A stretch of DNA of 55,650 bases from Candidatus Nealsonbacteria bacterium (GTDB taxonomy: Bacteria; Patescibacteriota; Minisyncoccia; Minisyncoccales; GWA2-38-27), in the NCBI GenBank assembly GCA_030616085.1, contig JAUWYA010000002.1, positions 1 to 55,650 of the forward strand. The letters are read 5' to 3'. The notes under the pieces were generated by a model. It was not told where the DNA came from, searched no databases, and saw only the letters and a list, made by a program, of their open reading frames with translations. Below are positions 18,707 through 27,896 of the stretch, piece by piece. The position numbers were made by a program, and so were the translations under genes. Within the stretch, counting starts at the first letter, position 1; every line of letters starts with the position of its first letter.

Positions 18707-18718
18707 TGTTATTTTATT

Positions 18719-19891
18719 CTACTCTATTTCTTTTATTATTTCAATAGCTTTATTAAGTTGTGGATCGCGGTCCTGCTCATAATCTTCTTCTGTCATCTCT
18801 ACTTTAATGTCTGGCTCTAAACCTTTATCAGTAATTAGTTCACCGTTAGGTGTCAGCCAATTAGCTATTGTGATTTTTAAGCTTGAACCATCTGTTAAAC
18901 TTTCTAACTTCTGGACTGATCCTTTTCCAAAAGAAGTTTCCCCAATCATTTTTATGCCGCGATTATCTCTAAGAGCTGAGGCTAAAATTTCTGAAGCAGA
19001 AGCTGAACCCTGATTGATTAAAATGACTAATGGATAATCTGAAAACTTGGAATTGCCCTTAGCTTTGTAAATCTCTTGTTCTCTTTTCCCGCCAAAGTCT
19101 TCAATAACCACTACTTGCCCTTTTTCTAAAAACCAGCCGGCAATATCTTGAGCCCTTTCTAAATATCCTCCAGGATTACCCCTCAAGTCTAAAATTATCT
19201 TTTCAGCAGGACTTTTTAAAATCTCGGCTGCTATTTCTTTGAAATCTTGATCAATTTTTTCAGAAAAATGATAAAGTTTGATATATGCAATGTTTTCTTC
19301 TTTCAGCTCCAATTTCAAAGAAGGAACCTCAATGACCGCTCTTTTAATAATAAAATCTTCAGAACTATCCCATTCATCCCGCATAATAGTTAATGTTACT
19401 TCTGTTCCTTTTGGTCCGCGAATAAGAGTTACCGCTTCCTCAATAGTTATATCCATGGTTGAAACGTCATCTATCTTTATTATTTTATCGCCTGGCCTAA
19501 GACCAGCTCTTTGAGCAGGCGTTGCTTCTAAAGGAGCAATAACTTGAAGCTGTCCTTCCCTTATTCCAATTTCCATTCCAACTCCTTCAAAACTGCCTCC
19601 TACATCTTCTAAGAATCTCTTAGTATCTCCTGGATTAAAAAATATAGTATATGGGTCTCCTATTGATTCTACCATACCGGAAATGGCTCCGTAAACTAGC
19701 TTTTGAATATCAATATCTCCGGGATTAACATATTCTTGCTGAATTTTATGCCAGGCCTCCCAGAAAAGAGAAAAATCAAGATCTTCTGGAGCACAAAATT
19801 TACAAACAACCGTACTCTTCCCAATCAAAAACCCAACACCGAAAATAACAAAAACAAAAGTTATTAATAGAATTTTCTTAAATAATGACAT
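18719..19891 (-). CDS. ctpA: Carboxy-terminal processing protease (S41A, PDZ)
   Basis: GDPYT, GVGMEI (PDZ), LDLRGNPGGYL, GSASASEI, SFGKGSVQ. Confidence 0.92.
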   Translation of the reverse strand: MSLFKKILLITFVFVIFGVGFLIGKSTVVCKFCAPEDLDFSLFWEAWHKIQQEYVNPGDIDIQKLVYGAISGMVESIGDPYTIFFNPGDTKRFLEDVGGSFEGVGMEIGIREGQLQVIAPLEATPAQRAGLRPGDKIIKIDDVSTMDITIEEAVTLIRGPKGTEVTLTIMRDEWDSSEDFIIKRAVIEVPSLKLELKEENIAYIKLYHFSEKIDQDFKEIAAEILKSPAEKIILDLRGNPGGYLERAQDIAGWFLEKGQVVVIEDFGGKREQEIYKAKGNSKFSDYPLVILINQGSASASEILASALRDNRGIKMIGETSFGKGSVQKLESLTDGSSLKITIANWLTPNGELITDKGLEPDIKVEMTEEDYEQDRDPQLNKAIEIIKEIE

Positions 19892-19892
19892 T

Positions 19893-20037
19893 CCCCGTAG
19901 AAGAATTTCGAATGAATATTATCAATATAATATATTTACAAAACTCTTTAAATTATAAGTAATTTATTTTTACTGCCCTGTAGTTTAATTTTTAGGTATT
20001 TTCAAAGAAAATACCTTTTCGAAATTTCTCTACGGGG
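19893..20037. mobile_element. 145-bp variant CCCCGTAGA MITE-like element at the ctpA start codon
   Basis: Imperfect TIRs CCCCGTAGAAGAATTTCGAA/TTCGAAATTTCTCTACGGGG; CATT duplicated (19889-92, 20038-41) and contains the ATG. Confidence 0.8.
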
Positions 20038-20167
20038 CATTATATCTTTATAGCAAAATATAAAACCATGGTCAACAAAAAAAAGGAGCTGTGCTCCCTG
20101 ATAGTTTTACTTCTCCATCAATTTTTTGATTTTTAAGATAGGTCAGGCCTATCCCAATTTATTTACG

Positions 20168-20365
20168 CTATTTCCTTTTCATTCTTGCAATACTGTAACC
20201 GATTTGTTGCCCAAGAAATAATCCAATCATAAATTGAGTGTAATTTACTTCGCTTCCAATTACTTTTTCAATTACATAAACAAGGACGGTCATAGATAGC
20301 AAAAGAATTGAAACAAAATTCTTGCCTGTAACAGTATATATTGTCTTGCGATACCATTTCGACAT
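20168..20365 (-). CDS. Small two-TM hypothetical protein
   Basis: 65-aa ORF with two hydrophobic segments; two further short ORFs upstream (~20370-20516, 20526-20654). Confidence 0.45.
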   Translation of the reverse strand: MSKWYRKTIYTVTGKNFVSILLLSMTVLVYVIEKVIGSEVNYTQFMIGLFLGQQIGYSIARMKRK

Positions 20366-20664
20366 AATTTTAATTATTTAACTTTTTATATAACATTCTA
20401 GGATAGCCCATTTCTTTTTGAATCTCATATTCAATGTTTAAACTATTCAAAAAGTCAGAGCAAGCTTTTCTTGTTTTGTCTACGCCTCCAAAATCTTTCT
20501 TTGCCTCAACTTCCATAAATTCTAATCAATTTTTGGATTTTAATCTCTTTATTCGAACACGATGAGTAAAACCATCTTTTTTACTTTTGCGCTCTTTGTA
20601 AATTAGTGGCCCAATTCTTTTTGATTTTATTAAAGGTTTTTTAACTTTAGCCATATTTATCTTT

Positions 20665-21228
20665 TCATATTATTTTATTCAATTTTTCTTTATAACTTTC
20701 CATGAGCATATTTCTGCCAGAATAATTCCAGTAACGAATATCCTGTTCAATAAAAAACCATTTTGAAGCTTTAAAGATTAAATCCATTGGGAAACCTGGT
20801 AAGTTATTATATATACTATAATCAATTGTTTTATCATCTGGCTCATGGCAATTATAAATCTTCTCCAGGTCTCCCAAGATTTTCTTGCTTAAGACACTAT
20901 TTTTATTAATCTTGAGTTTTATGTCATTTATAAAATCTTCGTGTTTTGGATTATCCTTACCATTTGAGAATTTATAATTTTCTACGTGAATCAAAAAATC
21001 AAACCCTAATTTATTAAAAGCTGGTCTTGTGATATAGACCCGGTCGCCAGAATTTAACGTTTCAACTATATATTTATATTTTGTAGATAATTCGCCTATA
21101 CCCTTACCAGCCTTCTCTTTAGTAAATTCTTTGATAGCTATTTTTCTTAAATTATTTCTATTCAGCTCAATATTTTGAGTAATATTATCCAATTTAACAT
21201 TTATTTTTATCTCTGGATAAACAGTCAT
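20665..21228 (-). CDS. Putative restriction endonuclease (partner of the MTase)
   Basis: 4-bp ATGA overlap downstream of a DNA MTase; no motif securely recognised. Confidence 0.45.
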   Translation of the reverse strand: MTVYPEIKINVKLDNITQNIELNRNNLRKIAIKEFTKEKAGKGIGELSTKYKYIVETLNSGDRVYITRPAFNKLGFDFLIHVENYKFSNGKDNPKHEDFINDIKLKINKNSVLSKKILGDLEKIYNCHEPDDKTIDYSIYNNLPGFPMDLIFKASKWFFIEQDIRYWNYSGRNMLMESYKEKLNKII

Positions 21229-22082
21229 GAAATTTTATTTTTTAAGTTTCTATCTAATTCTTCAAACCTTTTTATTGATAAATCCAAATATTTTTTCTCT
21301 GTATCAATGCCAATGAATTTTCTTCCGAAAAGATAAGCGGCAAGTCCTGTTGTAGAACTTCCGGTAAATGGATCGAGTATTAAATTGTTTCTGTTGGTGC
21401 TTGCCAAAACAATTCTTTTTAATAATTCTTCTGGTTTTTGTGTTGGGTGTTTGCTGAATTTCTTTTCAATTCTTTGAGGCGTACTTATTGCCCAAACACT
21501 ACGCATTTGTTTTCCTTTTTCATGTAAAATTTCATTAAAATCTACGCTTCCGCATTTTTTACACTTAAAAGATTTTTTATAATTATTGCCCCAATCAACC
21601 ATTGTTTTGTAGTTGAAGGTGTGCTTTGCTTTTTTATCTTTTCTGGCCCAAATCAATGTTTCGTGGCTTGCTGTAAGAAAACGGCAGCTTAAATTTGGAG
21701 AAGCGTTTGGCTTGAACCACGCAACATCATTTAAAATATGAAATCCTGCTGTTTGCAAAGCAAGTCCGCATTGATAAATAGAGTGATAAGTTCCGCTTAC
21801 CCAAATACTTCCATTGGGCTTCAATACCTTTCTGCAAGCATTAATCCAATTACGATGAAACTCAAAATTTTCTTTCAGCCCATTACCTAAATCCCAATCC
21901 CCTTTTTTCACGCTGACCATTCTTCCATTATGACAAGTAAAAGTTCCATTTGAGAGAAAATAAGGAGGATCAGCAAAAATCATATCAAAATGATTTTTTG
22001 GAAATTGTTTTAGAACTTCCAAGCAGTCCCCTTTATATAATTCAAACCTATCTTTTTTATAATAAGGTTTTAGTGTTGTCAT
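21225..22082 (-). CDS. Beta-class N6-adenine/N4-cytosine DNA methyltransferase (DpnA-like)
   Basis: DMIFADPPY, WFKPNASPN, HPTQKP, ILDPFTGSSTTG. Confidence 0.93.
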   Translation of the reverse strand: MTTLKPYYKKDRFELYKGDCLEVLKQFPKNHFDMIFADPPYFLSNGTFTCHNGRMVSVKKGDWDLGNGLKENFEFHRNWINACRKVLKPNGSIWVSGTYHSIYQCGLALQTAGFHILNDVAWFKPNASPNLSCRFLTASHETLIWARKDKKAKHTFNYKTMVDWGNNYKKSFKCKKCGSVDFNEILHEKGKQMRSVWAISTPQRIEKKFSKHPTQKPEELLKRIVLASTNRNNLILDPFTGSSTTGLAAYLFGRKFIGIDTEKKYLDLSIKRFEELDRNLKNKIS

Positions 22083-22111
22083 TATTCTATTTTAACTCTT
22101 CTTTAACCTAA

Positions 22112-22321
22112 AATCAAATCACTCCTCAAGAAGCGACCTTTGAGTTGCGTAGAGGTCCGACCTCTCCCGAGAGGTACGGACCTCCCGACGAATATAATTG
22201 TGAGGATTTTGAAACGTGGGAACAAGCCCAAGAAGCTTATGAATCCTCTGGAGGAGTTGAAAATGATATCCACCGCCTTGATCGCGACAACGACGGCATC
22301 TCTTGCGAAGCATTGCGATAA
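22112..22321 (+). pseudogene. 5'-truncated Excalibur calcium-binding domain fragment
   Basis: Frame reads YNCEDFETWEQAQEAYESSGGVENDIHRLDRDNDGISCEALR* (DxDxDG..CE); no ATG; palindrome at ~22152-22184. Confidence 0.8.
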
Positions 22322-22377
22322 AAAAAACTACGAGAACTGCTCTCGTAGTTGCCTTTCAATAATAAATATGCTGTACT

Positions 22378-23871
22378 TTATTTTCTCAACGCCCTTCTTA
22401 TTGCTTCAAGAAAGATATTAGTGTTTTCTTTTCTAATTGAACGAAGCTTTATTTTTCTGGCAAAAGAAACAAATCTTTCTTTGCTTGGAATTGTTTCTTC
22501 AATAATTGACTTTTTTTCAACTGGTTTTTCCTCTTCAGGAGGCATATATTCTTCTGGCGGCTTACCTTCCTGAAATTCACCTTTGTATGGTTCTTCCTCA
22601 AATTTCATTTCTCCTTCAGGAGGTCCATGATACTCCTGCTCCTGCTGTTGTTGCTGCTGTTGTTCCTGTTCCTGCTGCTGCTGCTGTTGTTGTTGCATTC
22701 CTTTTATCATTTCTTCTGCTTCTTCTTGAGTCATAAAGCCCTGTTCTACGCCGAATTTAATACATTCTTCAGCATGATCTGGACCTTTACAATAATTCTC
22801 ACATTCTTCTTTACCCATACAGCCGCCGGGTCCGCCCTGCATCATCATTTCTTTTTCTTCTGGAGAAATCATTCCCATTTTTTCTCCAAATTCCACACAC
22901 TCTTCCATATTATCTGGGTTTTGGCAAAAAGTATCACATTCTTCCTTGCCCTGACATCCACCAGGACCGCTAGTAAGACCCATTTCAGCCATTTTCTTGG
23001 CATTTTCTGCTTCTTCTTCAGTCATAAAACCAGCTTTTACAGCAAAGTCAATGCATTCTTGCATATGAGACAGATCATTGCAATAAGCATCGCATTCTAC
23101 TTGTCCTTTACAGCCGCCTGGACCTCCAAATAAACCAGCTTCAAGCATTTTTTCAGCTTTTTCTATTTCTTTTTTTGGCATAAGGCCATATTTCTTAGCA
23201 AATGCTATACATTCTCTCATATGGGATGCTTCATCGCAATAAGCATCACAGGCCTCTTTTCCGCAGCATCCACCTGGCGAATCTCCACCAGTTTTTCTTA
23301 TCATAATTGCTTCTTCTGCAGAAATAAGGCCAGCTGCCTCAGCAAAACTAACGCATTCTTCCATATGCGCTGGTCCACAGCAATAAATATCACATTGTGT
23401 CTTGCCGCGACAATTCGGATGCTTTGCTCCTTTTTTAATTCCTGATAACACTTTTTTCGCTTCTTCAAGCTCTTCTGGAGAAAGAACGCCTGCTGCTTCA
23501 GCAAAAGCAACACACATTTCCATATGTTCTGGTTCAGAGCAATAAATATCACATTCTGCTTTGGTATTGCAAGGAGGCGGCGTTATTCCTTTTTTAATAG
23601 CAGCGAGCACCTTTTTAGTTTCTTCAAGTTCTTCTGCAGGTATTAAATTATGTTTTTCAGCAAAAATAATACATTCCTCAAGATGAGAAATGTCATCGCA
23701 ATAAATCTTACATTCTTCTCTATTTGCGCAATTCCCAAGCTCAAGAACTGGATAATTAATTTCATCTTGAGCTAAAACCAAGACTGCGAAAAGACCAAAT
23801 AAAGATAAAGATATTATAATAAAATATTTCTTCACCCCGTTAGCCCCATTAAGATTTTTTTTATTTTTCAT
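22378..23871 (-). CDS. Secreted protein with seven Cys-rich repeats and a Gln-rich linker
   Basis: Signal peptide KKYFIIISLSLFGLFAVLVLA-Q; 7x C-x5-C-x3-C-x4-H/N-x3-C..F; extreme N-terminus derives from an inserted element. Confidence 0.85.
   Translation of the reverse strand: MKNKKNLNGANGVKKYFIIISLSLFGLFAVLVLAQDEINYPVLELGNCANREECKIYCDDISHLEECIIFAEKHNLIPAEELEETKKVLAAIKKGITPPPCNTKAECDIYCSEPEHMEMCVAFAEAAGVLSPEELEEAKKVLSGIKKGAKHPNCRGKTQCDIYCCGPAHMEECVSFAEAAGLISAEEAIMIRKTGGDSPGGCCGKEACDAYCDEASHMRECIAFAKKYGLMPKKEIEKAEKMLEAGLFGGPGGCKGQVECDAYCNDLSHMQECIDFAVKAGFMTEEEAENAKKMAEMGLTSGPGGCQGKEECDTFCQNPDNMEECVEFGEKMGMISPEEKEMMMQGGPGGCMGKEECENYCKGPDHAEECIKFGVEQGFMTQEEAEEMIKGMQQQQQQQQEQEQQQQQQQEQEYHGPPEGEMKFEEEPYKGEFQEGKPPEEYMPPEEEKPVEKKSIIEETIPSKERFVSFARKIKLRSIRKENTNIFLEAIRRALRK
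22633..22695 (-). repeat. CAA/CAG/GAR poly-Gln coding microsatellite
   Basis: Encodes QQQQQQQQEQEQQQQQQQEQE. Confidence 0.85.
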
Positions 23872-23990
23872 GATAATTTTTAGATTATTGTTATTTCTAA
23901 CCCCGTTAGAAATTTTCTTACTATTTTAAATTATAAATTATAAAATATTTATGCCTTCTTAAAATATAATTTCTAACGGGGCTAACGGGG
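23835..23990. mobile_element. Nested CCCCGTTAG MITE-like elements
   Basis: Outer element with TTCA duplication (23831-34/23991-94); inner 81-bp element 23901-23981 with CTAA duplication, inserted into the outer right TIR. Confidence 0.85.
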
Positions 23991-24010
23991 TTCATATTTT
24001 TATTTGCGTT

Positions 24011-24271
24011 TTACTCAAATGGATTTTGGTATGCCTCATCAAAAGGATTAACAATCTCATCAAACGGATTGGTTGAAGGCATGTTTTCCATTGGACTTGA
24101 CACTATATCTCCTGCTTCTACTTGAGCAGCTGCCCTTCCTATTTCTACTCCTTCCTCATAACCAACTTTATGTCCGTAATAATAAGCTCCGCCTGCTGCA
24201 GCGACAATTACAATCACAAAAATCAGAATTATTAATAATTGTTTGTTATTTACCCCGTTAGAAATTGTCAT
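24011..24271 (-). CDS. Small single-TM hypothetical protein
   Basis: Hydrophobic N-terminus, NPF repeats at C-terminus; MTISNGV start comes from a MITE. Confidence 0.7.
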   Translation of the reverse strand: MTISNGVNNKQLLIILIFVIVIVAAAGGAYYYGHKVGYEEGVEIGRAAAQVEAGDIVSSPMENMPSTNPFDEIVNPFDEAYQNPFE

Positions 24272-24321
24272 AAATTTATTTAGCCCCGTTAGGGATTATT
24301 TTAATAAAATTTCTAACGGGG
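24253..24321. mobile_element. 69-bp CCCCGTTAGA MITE-like element
   Basis: TIRs CCCCGTTAGAAATT/AATTTCTAACGGGG; TTTA duplication; internal extra half-TIR at 24284. Confidence 0.85.
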
Positions 24322-24425
24322 TTTATATTATCTATAATATTTTATTATACCATTATAAAAAAAGCTTTCTCTGTGGAAAACTTTTTTCCCGTACAATATC
24401 CTAAATTAGAAAATAAAGAAATTTA

Positions 24426-26432
24426 TTATTTGAACGAATTCACTATATCAATGAATGTATCTTTGCCCACATAAGGAATTTCGTCAATCTGTTGTAGGCT
24501 GGTGAACTTACCAAGTTCCTTTCTTCTTTTGATAATCCTGTTAGCTGTTGTTCGTATCAAAGATATTCCTTTTTTCTGGGTTTTCCCGTATCCACCTTTA
24601 TAATACCCTATGCCAAGAGTATCTTCCACTTTTTTACATAATGTCTTAGAATCTCCGACCTTGTTTACAAATCTCAAAACCTTTTGTGCAAGACGGAAGG
24701 AAACATTCTTAGATGTGAATGACTTGTTTAGACAATCAAGAGCCCAGTCAAAGCCATCTATCCTTGCATCTTCAATACTGTTATAAGGCACGATATTCTC
24801 AGGGTTTAAGTTTTTAACTGCTGGACAGGAGCTTTTATGGACGAGGTGACTGGACTTTACAGCGATGTATTGGACCTGCTTGATGTTAAGAGAATGAATT
24901 AGCAGAGTAACGCTCCCTATTATTTTCCCACTGATCTTCTGTGAAATCCTGAGAGGGTATACTTTATCGTTTTGAGCGTTCCCTGACAGTTTAACCTCTA
25001 CTGTAGATTGATAACCGTTCCCTGGAGGAATTTCAAGATTTTTTATTATGCCAACGCCTTTTTTCTTGATGTAAAACCAGTAATTGGTACGGGATGTTCT
25101 GCTTGTGCGTTCGTACATGTTTTTAAGAGTTGTCTTGCCTTTTTTGAACATATTCCTTCGAATCTTGATGCCAATAGAGCTTCCAGCCGGCAGGGCTTTT
25201 GCATCAAGTTCTATGTCGCATATTGTCTTGCTGGGAAATCCTTGGATTCTGAAGTTAGTCAAAGATAAACCATCAGGTACAGAATTTACCATTCTTATGT
25301 TTAGGTTGGCTATGTTGTTATGGTCTCTGACAAATTTCCAGTAATCTCCACCGGTATGAATACCGCTGGTATCTGGATGTGGGTCTCCACTGCCAGCAAT
25401 AGATGCTATGACACAAAAATGATGTATGTTTCCTGGGTCAGGAACATCTTTCCACACAATTACATCCTTTTTACTGGAAACTTTATAACCGTGCGCAGGA
25501 ACATTTTTGAGGATTGTTTCCCCAATGAACTCCCATGATGATGGTACACAAGATGTGGTTAGCGGCGCAAAGTATACTTTTGCATGTACATCTGATGATG
25601 TATTTGACTTATTGCTTACTCTTAAGTAAATGTGGTTATCATTTCCTATTTCCACTTCATTTTTTCCGTAATTCTTTGACATATCACCAAACTTTTTCTC
25701 CGGGTTTGGCACAGGATCCAAAGTAATGATAATGTCCGGACTCAAAGCTAAACTTCCTTGTGAAGGTTCTTTTCCCTTGTCTTTAAGATTATCACGGATG
25801 TAAACATCTACAGAAGGGCATCTATTATGCGTAATGATGCTCATGCCGCTTTGCTTTTTATAAAGACGTAATCGATCATGGTTATATTTGAAAATCCAAT
25901 GCAAACTGAAACGATCTTTGTAAGCCTGTTTAAGAATAGCTTCACATTGTTCAATAGTCTTACCGGCAACCATAGCGTCTATATATGACCAGATACATTC
26001 TTTAAGTGGCATGTATTCTCCCAGTATTACATAAACCGGTTCGGTATAACCTAACCATGAATAGCAGCATTTTTTAACAGCAGTCTGACCTACGCAACTA
26101 TTACCACTGGTTGAACACGCGAAAGTGTAAACATGGAGTTCTTTGGTCAAATCTTCAGCATTGGTTTTAGTGATAACAGGTGTCACTGCGTTATTCTTTT
26201 CACCATAAAACGCCCCACAACTTCCGTGGTCAAAACATATAGCAACCTTTTTGGTTCTCTTGTTGCCATAATTCAACCAGTAATTTACATTTGCAGGGGT
26301 AGCTTGAGCATCGTTTAGGTCAGTTACGGTATACCCTTTGCTTTTCAGATGAGATTTTAAACCTTTACCGATCCAATTAGTCGCTACCGTCGCTGGGTCA
26401 CATTTATTCCTAATGATTAGAATATCTACCAT
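24426..26432 (-). CDS. Multidomain protein: putative clan CD (caspase/gingipain-like) peptidase domain, DVYIRDN beta-domain, C-terminal HhH-like region
   Basis: CFDHGS...YTFACS His-Gly/Ala-Cys spacing; DVYIRDN..D.G.EP..SPDI; FTSLQQIDEIPYVG. Confidence 0.55.
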   Translation of the reverse strand: MVDILIIRNKCDPATVATNWIGKGLKSHLKSKGYTVTDLNDAQATPANVNYWLNYGNKRTKKVAICFDHGSCGAFYGEKNNAVTPVITKTNAEDLTKELHVYTFACSTSGNSCVGQTAVKKCCYSWLGYTEPVYVILGEYMPLKECIWSYIDAMVAGKTIEQCEAILKQAYKDRFSLHWIFKYNHDRLRLYKKQSGMSIITHNRCPSVDVYIRDNLKDKGKEPSQGSLALSPDIIITLDPVPNPEKKFGDMSKNYGKNEVEIGNDNHIYLRVSNKSNTSSDVHAKVYFAPLTTSCVPSSWEFIGETILKNVPAHGYKVSSKKDVIVWKDVPDPGNIHHFCVIASIAGSGDPHPDTSGIHTGGDYWKFVRDHNNIANLNIRMVNSVPDGLSLTNFRIQGFPSKTICDIELDAKALPAGSSIGIKIRRNMFKKGKTTLKNMYERTSRTSRTNYWFYIKKKGVGIIKNLEIPPGNGYQSTVEVKLSGNAQNDKVYPLRISQKISGKIIGSVTLLIHSLNIKQVQYIAVKSSHLVHKSSCPAVKNLNPENIVPYNSIEDARIDGFDWALDCLNKSFTSKNVSFRLAQKVLRFVNKVGDSKTLCKKVEDTLGIGYYKGGYGKTQKKGISLIRTTANRIIKRRKELGKFTSLQQIDEIPYVGKDTFIDIVNSFK

Positions 26433-26732
26433 TTAAATCTCCTCTAACCATTTTTTAATATTACTTTTTACTTCAAGAAATTCTTTATCAACAGTTGCAA
26501 TACCTGTTTTCTCTTCTTTCTTAAGCTCCTTGAGAACTTCCCGAGCTGTAAATGTTTTTCCAGTAGTTATGTTCATGGCTGGTAAATCAGCCTCTTTAGG
26601 ATGTTCATTTACCCACTTTTCAAGCTTCTCTATGGGTCTTTTTTTCTGGGACCCTAACTTTTTTTGTTTATTAGATTTCATCCTTGATATGAAAGTCTTT
26701 TTTGAATTGAATACGACAAGTTTTAAACGCAC
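26433..26732 (-). CDS. Hypothetical protein coupled to the downstream gene (start uncertain)
   Basis: Stop abuts the ATG at 26432; GGAG at the 3' end could serve as its SD. Confidence 0.55.
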   Translation of the reverse strand: MRLKLVVFNSKKTFISRMKSNKQKKLGSQKKRPIEKLEKWVNEHPKEADLPAMNITTGKTFTAREVLKELKKEEKTGIATVDKEFLEVKSNIKKWLEEI

Positions 26733-27021
26733 TTATCTAAAACTTGCTTAAAAATCGACCTTTTGACAAAATAATTGTGTAATCATAAATACTCTATGGA
26801 CACACGATTTCGAACAACGAGAATTGAATGCGGCCTAATGTATAATCTTGAACGCCAACTCAAGATTCGTGGTTTCAGGTTTCAGCCAGAAAATCATTAA
26901 AGCCTATTTACATTATAACAGAAAATTCTTAAATTATACACGAAGTTATCCACAGGTAAGTTTTTGCCAATATCCTATCTGTTTTGCGTTAAACTCGGTT
27001 TAACGCAATCTTTTAAAATTA

Positions 27022-27450
27022 TCACCCGATTTTGCTTAAATCTCCATTTAATTCAACGCCCATCATTGCTTTTATTTCATCAGTATATGGAACGTCTTCT
27101 GGAATAGGATTCAATAAAAATACTTTTTTATTGTTGACATGAGCAAAACCGATTTCCATTAAAGTGTTTCCTCCTATATAATTTTTAATTCCATTCTTGT
27201 CAAAGTTGCAAACAAGAATAGCATCGCTATCATTAATTAACTTATGCCAAGCTTTAATATAATCGTATTTCTTTTTTATTTCTGCGGTCTCTACCCCGTT
27301 AGCCATATCAATTAATTCTTCTGCTGTTCCATCAGCAACTTTATACATATCTTCTTGCATCAAAGGAATATGGCCTTGTTTTTTCAATTCTTTGCAAATT
27401 TCAACTAATTCCTTTGCAAATTTTATGCTTGCGCAAACTGTTATTTTCAT
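27022..27450 (-). CDS. Nucleoside deoxyribosyltransferase-like (Rossmann) hypothetical protein
   Basis: MKITVCAS, SDAILVCN, YIGGNTLMEIGFA. Confidence 0.65.
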   Translation of the reverse strand: MKITVCASIKFAKELVEICKELKKQGHIPLMQEDMYKVADGTAEELIDMANGVETAEIKKKYDYIKAWHKLINDSDAILVCNFDKNGIKNYIGGNTLMEIGFAHVNNKKVFLLNPIPEDVPYTDEIKAMMGVELNGDLSKIG

Positions 27451-27451
27451 A

Positions 27452-27883
27452 TTAAATTATGTTTAATTTCTTAAACCAGTGTTCCCAAACTCGTTCTAAT
27501 TTTAACTCTTTGATTTCGTTTACAGCATACCATCCAATAGACTTTGTTTCAATATAATTCTGTTTAATTTCTCCTGACACATTACATTCAAACAAATACC
27601 AATAATGGACATCTATTCCCATACTGCATTGATTCCAATCTATCTCTTCTTCAAAAAGAACCTTATAACTATCTATCTTCAAGCCGCTTTCTTCTTCAAC
27701 CTCACGTTTCAATGCTTGTATTTTATCTTCATCTTCATCAATATGTCCAGCAAGACCAGCAAAACCTAATGGTGGTTTTACTCGGTCAATCAGAAGATAC
27801 TTACCATCTTTTTTAATCAATGCTCCTATTGAATAGTGCATTAACTTACCATCTTTACTTTTGGCTTGCTTTAAGTTGCCCAT
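27452..27883 (-). CDS. Nudix hydrolase
   Basis: AGHIDEDE...ALKREVEEESGL Nudix box. Confidence 0.9.
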   Translation of the reverse strand: MGNLKQAKSKDGKLMHYSIGALIKKDGKYLLIDRVKPPLGFAGLAGHIDEDEDKIQALKREVEEESGLKIDSYKVLFEEEIDWNQCSMGIDVHYWYLFECNVSGEIKQNYIETKSIGWYAVNEIKELKLERVWEHWFKKLNII

Positions 27884-27896
27884 ATTGCATAAACAA

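Noticed and set aside
22627-23552. Overlapping ORFs in the Cys-repeat gene and similar short antisense ORFs throughout the track
   Set aside because: Shadows of real genes or of the CAG tract, with no independent motifs or start signals
22378-23871. Multihaem cytochrome
   Set aside because: Cys/His spacing is not CxxCH
27294-27302. CCCCGTTAG half-site in a coding region
   Set aside because: No partner TIR or target duplication; compatible with ordinary codons (ANGV)
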